Source: Azolla caroliniana
Lineage: Eukaryota > Plantae > Polypodiophyta
Length of the DNA: 64,000 nt
Direction: 5' to 3'
Assembly: GCA_043228905.1 (NCBI GenBank)
Contig: JBHGNT010000008.1
Coordinates: 2,232,001 to 2,296,000 of the forward strand
In this document: in pieces, positions 53,201 to 63,294 of the stretch
Numbering within the stretch: position 1 is the first letter of the stretch
How the letters are laid out: the number at the start of each line of letters is the position of its first letter
The notes under the pieces: generated by a model
The model's database searches: none
The model's input: the letters and a program-made list of their open reading frames with translations, nothing else
What the model was told of the DNA's origin: nothing
Position numbers and translations under genes: made by a program

Positions 53201-56200
53201 CCTGTCTTGTGTCTGAAGTCTCTGCAATTCATCATTTTATGCTGCAGCAGAAGGTAAATAAATCTTGCTGGTTGGTACAAAATATGAGGTAGCTGATCCA
53301 GTAACATCAGCTGCAATATAATCTTGCTGTCACTACGTGAATGAAAAATAGTTTGGTTGTATAACAAATCGGTTCAGTATAGAAACATGTCTTCATAAGT
53401 TCCAACATCTGTAAGATGGAGACGATATAGGAGTATTCAATTGACTTCCCTTGAAAGAGGCAGCAATTTTGAAGAGATAATCACTTTGTCTCAAAATATA
53501 TCTGGGTGGAATTCAGTATATGTCTAATTTATCTGATGTTGTGACAATAACTGATCAACATGAATAATCTATTGCCCTCTATGAATGAATCACTCTTAAT
53601 ATTCCCACAAATTGTGTTATCGATTTGGATCATATATGTCATGGATATTCAGAAATTTTCCATATTCAAAAAGTTTTGAGATGAAATGCAACATATACAT
53701 TGTTTCATATGGAATTCATCACCAAAATCTTTGCATTTTCGGAATTTGATGCCCAAATGACTGTGATTGAAGTTAAAAATGCAGGAAAGATGCTGAATCT
53801 TGGAAGTTTTGAGAGATGAGAATTGGATGCATAATACACAATTTAAACTTAGTGTAGGACATTCATGTTGAGTTCTTTTTCTCCACATCTTCATTTAACT
53901 CAGTTAGCACATAAATTTACTCTCTACATACTGAATATACATGATGAAGTGTGCCATGGTTGATGTCAAAATCTTTGCATTTTGCAAGCTTTGTCCTTTT
54001 GGCAACAATTGGACTGAAAACCTATGCAAATTCTGTCACTAGTAGCTATTTAATGATATTTCAGGTAAATGTGCCATACATGATAAGACTGTAGTTTAAG
54101 GGAGGGATGTCTTTTGAATTCTTCTCCTCTAAATCTCTGTATGGCTTATTTAAAACAAAACCCAACTAGTATTAACATGAAACCCAAGATTGGGAAACCC
54201 TTCAATCTAGAGCCCTTGTTAAAACTTCAATAAGTAATTGATGAAGGGTATGTACAATCAAAATTGGCAAAAAGCAACTGTGCTTCAAAAATTCATGAAC
54301 AACTGAAAAACCAATGGAAAAGTAGTTCACAAAACCTCATGGGCAGCTGGTGTTATTTAGTTGATCTGAGTCTGATATTTCTGATGGGTAGATTCATCAT
54401 TTCAAGTTATTGATTTGTCAAAATTATGACATTCATTTGTATGATGGATGGACTTGTAAATTGTTCTCGAAATTACAAATTTGTTGCTTTCGAATATTTT
54501 TTCCCTCTATGTTTCATTAACTAGGGCTTTCCATTATTGAAGGTTTGTGCTGTCCACTCCAACAAATTGGGGTATTCGAATTGTTCCAGAGAAAACTGCA
54601 TATGTTATTGAGCGTTTTGGAAAATACTCTAAGACATTGGATCCAGGTATTCATTTATTGATACCTTTAGTAGACCGGATTGCGTATGTGCACTCCTTGA
54701 AAGAGGAAGCAATCACAATACCTGATCAGAGTGCTATTACGAAGGATAATGTTAGCATTTCAATAGATGGTGTTCTCTATGTCAAGGTGATGTAGTCTGG
54801 TAGACTGTGCTCATTGTCTGTGAAGGATAGATTGTGGATCTGAACATTTTAACCCGTTATTGTAGATAGTGGATGCTCTCAAGGCATCTTATGGTGTTGA
54901 AAATCCATTGCATGCTGTTATACAACTTGCTCAGACTACAATGCGTAGTGAGTTGGGTAAAATTACATTGGACAAGACTTTTGAAGAAAGGGATACACTT
55001 AATGAGAAGATAGTGGTAAGTGTCCTTTGTAAATATTCAACATAAGTTTTTTAAATTGCAGGATTGTTTTTTTTATTTACTCGGAATGCTGTTTAGAATG
55101 ATATACATTACTGAATAAATGCCATTATATGAATTAGATATTTCCTTCAATCTTTATATGGGAACTATGTATCTGAAACAGCAGAAAGTGAATGGATTAA
55201 GTAGGCATGTCAAGGATATTAGAGAGAGGGTTTTGGTTTTCCTTAATTGCACAACTCCTGTACCCAATCCATATACGAAAACCGGTTTCTCAACATGACA
55301 GTGTATGCATACCTTATAATGTCATGATGTTGCAAATTCATAATATGCTGAGAACTTCAGAGACAAACTTAATATGTGTATGAATATTATTGCCACAGCG
55401 TATGGATCTCAGATCTGGTACTTTTTAGGCTTCCTACTTGTACTCATATCTTCTGGACATTACTTGGTAATGGTCGTCTTTTACTATTATTCCATATCTA
55501 CAATCTCTACCTATATAACCATCAACCCATAGATCCTCTTATCTTGACAATTCCTCACCGGCTAAGTGGCTGAAATATCTCTGCTTTAGGTGATGGTACC
55601 TTTCTCTGGGGTCCCAGTACAGGCATGGAGAAATTTGTAATTCCTTATTGCAAAGGTTGTTACTGGCAGCATATAAAGATTTGAGCCTGTAGGCCCTCTT
55701 CTTCTTACCAGTAATAATAGTCATTTCTTGCATGTCTGCAAGAAAACAATGTAAAAAGCATAGTCATTTTATTAGTGCAGATATTCACTTCATGTTAATG
55801 CCTCTTTAGAATAATAAGACGTACAACTGTAAACTGCTATCATCTTCTCCCAGGAAGCCATCAATTTGGCAGCACAGGCATGGGGTCTCCAATGTCTACG
55901 TTATGAGATAAGTAAGTTTGCTGTTAACCTCATCTCTTGAATAACTTTATTGTTTTCTTAGATAATCTGATGTGAGTAAAACATACTGAATGTTTTGTAA
56001 GGAAGTTTATTTACTCATTGTTCCAGAGGATATAACTCCACCTGCTGGTGTTCAGCAAGCTATGGAGATGCAAGCAGAAGCTGAGAGGAGAAAGCGAGCC
56101 CAAATCCTTGAATCTGAAGGTAAAATGCTATCTCTGTTCAGTTTTCTGTTTCAGAACTTGAAACATTTAACTTTTCCTATGTCTGTTTGCAAGCTTGAGA

Positions 56201-58099
56201 TTACTAATCTCTAATCAAATGTGCAGGAGAAAGGCAATCTAATATTAATATTGCAGAAGGTAATTATTTTGTCTCAAGACAGGTTTAAGTTGGTAATATG
56301 TCCTGTTCTGAAATGTTTACGTGTGCATGCTGGTTTAAAATGAAGATTATCCAATTATTTTTTGAGTAACTTTCTTTTGCATATTCTTAGGAGAGGGTAG
56401 GTCCATTGTTATCAAAGCTGAGTCTGCTGCAAACGGATTACGTCAGATAGCAGATGCCATTAAAGAGACTGGAGGGCAGGAGGTGATCACTTTTTTATTT
56501 ATATTCTAATGGTTAATGGCATCATTGTGTATATGCCCTGTTGATTTCTGGTATTGACATCACCTTTAGTACATATAATTGCATGTTAAAATCGATAAAT
56601 CGATAGCTAGAAATCCCTTATGTCAACATGGGTTCATCTCCCCCCACCCTGGACAATTAATTTTTGCAAATTAATAAAATCTGATAACTGAGAAATTGTC
56701 TTTTGAAAAGAATGCATCTGCTTAACCATTCCATGTGGGATCATGAATGCCCATATGTGGCCCTGAGCATCAGTTTCCTGGCATATACAGTAGAATTATC
56801 TTTCATAAAATTTGGTGGATTCTATGCTTGTTGTGTTCCCGACAGATTAATGTGTGCCAAATTGTTTCTTGACAGATTTTGTGTGCTAAAGTTATTGTTT
56901 CTTTTGTACAGGCAGTGGCATTGAAGATAGCTGAGCAATATTTAGATGCATTCAGCAATATTGCAAAGGAGGTCTGTTCCTGAATTCATAATTTCGATAT
57001 TTCTGCAGTACATATATGTATTCTCAGTAGCTAAGTCGTCCGTTTAAGAAATATAAATTGCACATAAGGTTAGGTAAATGAAAAAGAGAAATTGTGGTCC
57101 TGTTTTGGTTTATGTGGAACAGAACAGTCCAATTGTCCTAACCAAGACATATATACTTACGAGGTCCTAACAATCGGCAATGGTACGGTTCGGTTTGAGT
57201 GTCAAAACCGAACCGTTTAAAATTTTTGAAACTTGAACTGAACCGAACCATGAAACCGTTAAACTGAACCTTTTAAAATAAAATTCAAACAGTTAAACCA
57301 TTAAAGCGTTAAAACTGTGGTTTCATGGTTCGGTTTTTGTTTTCAACTTAGGTCAAAATTCAAGTTTTAAAATTTAAAGATTTTTCTAAAATGTGAAAAT
57401 AAGGCTTGAAAATGAAAAAATTGTTTAAAAATAATAATTTAATTTTTAAAAAAATTTAAAACCATTAAACCGTTTGAACCACAGTTTCTAACAGTTGAAA
57501 CCGAACCAAACTGTTTCAAAAAACCTGAACTTGAACTGAACCGAACCAAAAAATTTAAACCGTAAAGCCGTGGTTTTGCAGTTTGGTTCAGTTCAAACCG
57601 AACTGTTGCCGACTGTTACAAGGTCCTGTGCAAATAGAATCTGTTAGATCCTCCTTGTTTGATATACAGTGTTTTCATCCTTCGCAAATTATGTTTTGTG
57701 GTTTAATAGATGAACATAGAGCATGTCTAGTATTGTCTGTTATGGTTCGTTCTTCATTAGAGTTCTCTTGAGAATTTGTATAACACTTTAGGAACTCCTG
57801 AAATAATGCCTAATGTTCTCATACGCGAGATATTCTAGAAGGACAAGTCCTTTTGTTTCTGGCACAATGAGGCAGCAGAAGTCACACATCATCTTTCTCT
57901 GCTCAATATTCATTCAACTGCCAGTTCCTATGCACGTCTTGTCCTCTAGAGAATGGATGTCTGGATATGAGCTTGTGTCTCGGCCAGTTACCCTAGGTAA
58001 TGTTTCCCAATATTGAGTATTAATGCAGCTGCAATAGTACTCGAACATAGATCTATCTTGGGAAGTTAACCATTTTGTGGAGGTTTGCAATGTCGGTGA

Positions 58100-58147
<48 letters not shown>

Positions 58148-58512
58148 TTTATCATCCACATAAACTATGCACACATTTTATTGTCCATATAAACTATGGG
58201 GCCAAAAAGTGAATCATTTTTACATAGTGTATATGCGGAATTGAGTAGTGACTCTTGATGTTCTAGAATTTTATTAATGGATGTTGCAATTGAGAAAGTA
58301 CATTTGTAATTGTGAGAGGAATGTGTGTTAGAGAGGTCGAGGTTGAGTGTGTGTGTTTGTGTATACAGGGAACAACCATGCTTCTCCCAACCAATGCGGG
58401 TGATCCTTCAAGTATGGTAACTCAAGCTCTGACAATCTTCAAGAATATTGTTAACCCCAATGCAACACAAAGTCCATCTGTGGAACAGAAAAGAGATGGT
58501 TCTAAAGACTGA
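50240..58512 (+). CDS. Stomatin-like protein (SPFH/Band-7 family, SLP-2 type, mitochondrial), 9 exons, 356 aa
   Basis: Exons 50240-50436, 54543-54786, 54866-55015, 55854-55911, 56027-56119, 56227-56259, 56391-56482, 56912-56971, 58369-58512; GT-AG introns; 1071 nt. R/S-rich presequence. Motifs [65 protein letters not shown]. (GA)n run at 50181-50233 upstream. Confidence 0.95.
51244..51480 (+). pseudogene. ndhI: Plastid ndhI fragment (NUPT)
   Basis: IRKEQL..fs..[46 protein letters not shown].fs.LPLS matches NdhI [47 protein letters not shown]. Confidence 0.9.
52187..52261 (+). tRNA. trnP: Decayed plastid-type tRNA-Pro(GGG) pseudogene (NUPT)
   Basis: D-loop TTTGGTAGC, anticodon arm CATC-TGGGGT-GGTG, variable loop AGGTC, T-arm ACAGG-TTTGAAT-CCTGT. 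The acceptor stem is damaged. Confidence 0.7.
52680..52900 (+). pseudogene. rpoC2: Plastid rpoC2 3'-end fragment (NUPT)
   Basis: [15 protein letters not shown] resembles the RpoC2 C-terminal LKENVILG.IIPVGTG motif and lies immediately upstream of rps2, the plastome gene order. Confidence 0.55.
53050..53483 (+). pseudogene. rps2: Plastid rps2, 5' ~60% (NUPT)
   Basis: [99 protein letters not shown] follows Rps2 colinearly. SD-like GGGGA at 53041. Confidence 0.93.
57168..57618. mobile_element. hAT-type MITE (451 bp) in the last intron of the stomatin gene
   Basis: Left TIR TAACAATCGGCAATGGT; right TIR reads TAACAGTCGGCAACAGT in reverse complement. 8-bp TSD CGAGGTCC / CAAGGTCC (7 of 8). AACCG-rich subterminal regions around an AT-rich core. 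Confidence 0.85.
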
Positions 58513-58809
58513 CACTTTCAATCGATGAATGTCTACATGATCTTTTGCCTCCCTTGTGATAACAACATGAATACTTTCTTATCTTCAGAAGAAATACACA
58601 TCTGAACACACATTGTCGGTGATCATAAATATTCCCTTCAAGTCGGGAGTCGAGTATCAAATTTCTGCATTTTTTTGTAAAGAAAGAAGGCCCCGCGCAT
58701 TAATTTTTTGGTGAGGGCAATTAGCAGTTTAATTACACCAAGCAGGATATGGAGGTGTAAGCCTTCATGTAAAAGTTTTTTGTGCTGTTTAAATACACTG
58801 TATAACATC

Positions 58810-59008
58810 CTCTACATTAATATTTTGTGGTTTAAAGATTAGTAGAATTTTTTTGTTTGTCAAAGCCCTTTCCTACCATTTTGAGATTTAACAGTGGATT
58901 TTGCATGCTATTCTTAGCTGCTGCACTTTCTCTACATTAATATTTTGTGGTTTAAAGATTAGTAGAATTTTTTTGTTTGTCAAAGCCCTTTCCTACCATT
59001 TTGAGATT
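58810..59008. repeat. Direct duplication of ~79 bp downstream of the stomatin stop codon
   Basis: CTCTACATTAATATTTTGTGG...CCATTTTGAGATT at 58810 and 58930; the copies appear identical. Confidence 0.9.
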
Positions 59009-61489
59009 GCATATTTAATCTCTTAACCTGTAGTTTACTTTGCGATGCCCTTGTTCATTAACTCATAGACCTAAAAGCTCTATGACTTGTTTTGTTTTCT
59101 GGTATTTCAAGACTATCTTTTCAAGATTTAATTTCCAATGACTTAAAGAAAATAAAATGCTCGCATATTCTAGCAACTATGATGAAGCATTGATTTTTGA
59201 GAATGATTCGATAATTCGTGAATGCAATAGAATCATTAGTTTGTAAGTCATAAATTTGTTTCATATGTTGCAATATATCTAATATGTAGATTAAAAAAAA
59301 AAAGAGGCAGGTACTAAATAAACATCTTGATGTCAAGAAAACATATATATGATTAGTGGTGAGATTAATTTGATGATGATGATGATGATGACGATCAATG
59401 ATGTCCATTTATTAATGGATGTATATCTATATATTTAGCGGATTGATGGGTTAATTGAGTAATCAGTGGCTGATGATTGATTAGCACTCGAATATTGGAG
59501 TCATTGATGATTTTAAGGAAGTGGCTAGCTACTAAATGAGGTGGTCAAGGATGGAAAAACAATGATTAGTGATGGAAGTGGAGTGATCGACTCCATTCAC
59601 TCATGTGTATATAAGATATGTAAGGTGTATATGTGAAAGAAATGTTAATTCTTGCCTTTGTTAGTATGCACTTGAGTATGGGATTATCTAAGTGAATTAG
59701 TGCACGTGGTGTATATGTATATACATAGGAATGTTTGTTAGAAGGGCAAATATGAGTATAGGTGTGTAAGGACAGGTGTACCCACACAACTCAAATGTTG
59801 ATATGTAAATGTGTATTTTAGTGTGGACATAAGCGCAAGCTTAACTTTAAATGTAAGCATTACAGTATAATTGTACGTATAACGTAGGTATGCATATGTT
59901 TCTTACGTGTGTGCTCTTTATATGTGTTATGTTATAATGTGTGTATGTGTTTGAGTGTGTATGGGATATGTGCAAGTATAAGTGTATGATATTTTGCTTG
60001 AAGGGTAGATTTAGTGTGCATATGTGTAGTGTATTGGTAAGGAGGGATATTTGGGAAAAGTAAGTGAGAATTAAAGAAGAGGGGAAAAAACAAAAATACA
60101 AGGTCACGTGGGAAAAAAGGTACAAAGAAGTGAGAGAGAGAGAGAGAAATCAAGCTCGGGTGACGTCAAGTGACGTATTTGTTTGCATGGCAAGGACACT
60201 TGTTGTTGCAACAATGGTGACTAGCAGCAAGTGGCCAAGGAGCAGACAAGTGACGATGGTAGCATACAAACGAGGCAACTCGTCATAACCAGCAAAGTCA
60301 AAGGCTACCTTCGAAGGTAGCCTTCCTTTGACTAAAGGCTAGAGTCGAAGGTAACTTGGGCCCTAGGATCAAAGGCTCCTCCTTTAAACAAATTACAAAT
60401 ATACCCTTGGGGGTTCCCTCTTTGGACGTGGAGTTCGGTCGATGTAGTGGGTTTGAGTCTTGTCATCCAAAATTTACACGCTCCCTTGTAACTTTTTGCT
60501 TAGAGGTCAAATTTGAGATTGGAAATTCCATCAAAACCCTCAAGGCAAAATGTTTGTGTTGGCATGGTGAATTTTTCGATATGGAAATTTGAGTTTCGTC
60601 TTTAAATTTGTCAATTAAGCTCCAAAATCATGTAACTTTGAACCTGAGCTCGAAATTTTGAGATGAAAAGTCTAGAGGGTTCCTCATTGGATCTTGATTA
60701 ATGTAAATACAAGATTCACAAGAAATAATTGAATATAGATACCAAAATCACAAATATACTAGTTCTTGAGTAGATAGATGTAAACAAGATTATCTCGACT
60801 CCGTTATATGGAGTGGCTTCAAATATAAATAGATAAAGACGATAGAAATATAAGCTTTTGGGTAGAGCTTTGAATGAAGAGCCTTGAGTTTCGGTGCAAG
60901 ATCCCAATAAACGATGGCTTCATTGCCTCTTGATGTTGTCGGTCTTAAACACCCTCTTGATTAGCAACCTCGAGTCCATTTGAAATTATGGCAGCACATC
61001 TGCTTTGATCTAAAATTTGACCCCCTTATAATGAGTTTTCGTCTCCCTTTTTAGGGCTCTAGAGCTCCTCAAGTAAATAAAAATAATAACTGTCTTTTTT
61101 AACATGCACCTGATTGTTTTCACCTTACATTGACTCCTTTTGCTTGTAATCCAATCATGATTCATGACTCAAACCCTCGACCTTATTTATAATGTAAGCT
61201 CTTGGCAATTAAGCCAACTCTTTTTGCTATTTTTTAATTTCATCGCCTTTTATGTCCTTATTATACTTGCCCTATCCTCTAGTCCAACTCATTATTTCCG
61301 TGTGTGATCCCCATATCACGACAATGTTGTCAAGGACCCTTATCAAAATGGTGAAAAGCACAACATCATGTAAACTGTCTATGTCTATATTGTGGTGGGT
61401 TAGGAGACATAGCGATAAATTGTCTGATTGATAAATATTCAACTAGAAAAAGATTCACCGTGGGAACAATTTATAATTTAGCACCAACG

Positions 61490-61890
61490 CAACTCAAGGT
61501 TCTTTTATCTACTATATCAATGAAAACTTAGCAAGTGGATTCATTCGACATTCCGAATATCTTTGGGTTGCTTCATTTGGTTGTAGATTATCGAGGATTA
61601 AACAAAAACACAATTCGAAACATGTATGCCTTGCCATTAGATTGAACTCTTTTGGAGCGCTTCAATGGAGACTTCGATCACACCAAGGGAGACTCGTCCC
61701 ACAATGATGGCCTACTATGCAAAGAACATTTTCATGAACTTCTCATGATATGGATTCATAAAGGTACACTCAAGTCTATGTGGCTCGATAGTGCTCACAA
61801 AATCCATGTGTCTTATGGAAATTTTGTCATAAACCCTAGAGCCCAACACAAGTTTGTCGAATTGAGCATGCACTATTGAAGGGGATTCTA
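61490..61890 (+). mobile_element. Internally deleted Ty3/gypsy pol remnant
   Basis: YINENLASGFIRHS..LHLVVDYRGLNKNTIRNMYALPL..LLERFNG matches the gypsy RT N-terminus (LCVDYRGLNK.TIKN.YPLP). Purine tract GAAGGGGA near 61878. Confidence 0.75.
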
Positions 61891-61919
61891 ATCAACCAAT
61901 ATCTAAGAAAGATGGATAT

Positions 61920-63020
61920 GCCAAATATTGGCCAGATGGACGCCTTTTCAAAGCAAGCCTAATGAATAGTACCCAAATGGACACCTTCTCATAGCAAACC
62001 AAATAAGTATTGCCCAAATGGACATATTTTCGTAGCAAGCCAAAGTAGTGCCCAAATGGACACCTTTCCAAAGCAAGCCAAAGTAGTGCCCAAATGGACA
62101 CCTTTCCAAAGCAAGCCAAATAAGTAGTGCCCAAATAGACAACTTTTCATAACAAGCATAATAAGTACGTTGTGCCCAAATGGACACCTTTTCATAGTAA
62201 GCCAAATAAGTAATGTCCAAATGGACACCTTTTCATAGCAAGCCAAATAAAGAGTGTCCAAATGGACACCTTTTCACATCAAGCATAATAAGTACATTGT
62301 GCCTAGCAATCAACAACAGTTTGGTTTGGTTTGGTTCAGTTTGAGAGTGTCAAACTCAAACTGTTTAAAAATTTTGAAACTTAAACTGAACCAAACCGAA
62401 CTACTAAGTCGTTTAAACCGGACCGTTACAAAAAAATTCAAGCTCAAACCAAACGGTTTTAGAGACTTTCAAACCTTTAAACTGTTAAAATTGCGGTTTT
62501 CAAGTTATGTCAAAATTCAAAATTTCACATTTTAATTTTAAAAAATTTTAAAAATTTCAAATTTTAATTTCTCAAAATTTAAAGTTTTTTCTTAAAATAT
62601 CAAAATTAGGCTTAAAATGCTCAAAATAATAGGGTTTAGGGTTTTCAATATTTCAAATTTTAATTTTTAAAACTTTAAAGATTTTTCTTAAAATATCAAA
62701 ACTAGGCTTAAAATGCTCAAAAAAATATTTAAGAAAATTATTGAGTGTCAATCCTAGACCGCCGAACCATTTGAATTGTGGTTTCAAATTCGTTCTAAAC
62801 CAATAAAGGCTCGAACCGAACAGATATACCCCTGAACCAAACCGTTTACAAAAACCTAATACCGAATCGAACCGTTTACAAAAACTTGATCCTAAACCGA
62901 ACCGAACCGAACCGATTAAACCGTTAAGCCGTGGTTTCGCGGTTCGGTTTAGGTCAAACCGGACCATTGCGGATTGTTAATTGTTTTCATAGTAAGCCAA
63001 ATAGATTAGTGCCCAAAACG
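61920..63020. repeat. 38-41 bp tandem minisatellite, about 10 copies, interrupted by a MITE
   Basis: Unit CCCAAATGGACACCTTTTCATAGCAAGCCAAATAAGTAGTG across 61920-62303; one more partial unit at ~62984-63018 after the MITE. Confidence 0.9.
62304..62979. mobile_element. hAT-type MITE (676 bp), same family as 57168-57618
   Basis: Left terminus TAGCAATCAACAACAGT; right terminus reads TAACAATCCGCAATGGT in reverse complement. Shares GGTTTGAG(A)GTGTCAAA..TGTTTAAAATTTT.GAAACTT and GCCGTGGTTT blocks with the 57168 copy. TSD only partial (ATTGTGCC / ATTGTTTT). Confidence 0.8.
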
Positions 63021-63072
63021 AAGATCTAGTTCAGAAAAGAGTACCGAATCACATTTCCCTCCCTCTGTTTTC

Positions 63073-63101
63073 TAGGGTTTAGGGTTTAGGGTTTAGGGTT
63101 T
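63073..63101. promoter_or_regulatory. Four tandem plant telomere repeats (TAGGGTT, telo-box) upstream of the PPR gene
   Basis: TAGGGTTTAGGGTTTAGGGTTTAGGGTTT is directly visible. A promoter role is inferred from position. Confidence 0.6.
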
Positions 63102-63294
63102 GGCTTCCACAGTCATAAATTCCTTTGTCCACTCATGTTTTCATCAGAGAAAGGCTGAATTTCACACATGTTTCTGGCCCTCTGTTCCCGTGGCAAAGCG
63201 TGAGTGAGTGAGCTGTATCCATGCATTTTTGTTCACTCGGAATTTGGTTCCTTGTTGAAATCAGAAGCTGAATTCTTGCGAGAAGCCTAAGTAG

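Larger units (their letters stand above)
51244..53483 (+). other. Mosaic nuclear insertion of plastid DNA (NUPT) in stomatin intron 1
   Basis: Contains recognisable decayed ndhI, trnP-GGG, rpoC2 3' end and rps2 (listed separately). The boundaries are approximate. Confidence 0.88.

Noticed and set aside
61920-62303. CRISPR-like array and the overlapping ORFs at 61892-62261
   Set aside because: Tandem 38-41 bp units without spacers; the ORFs are by-products of the repeat.
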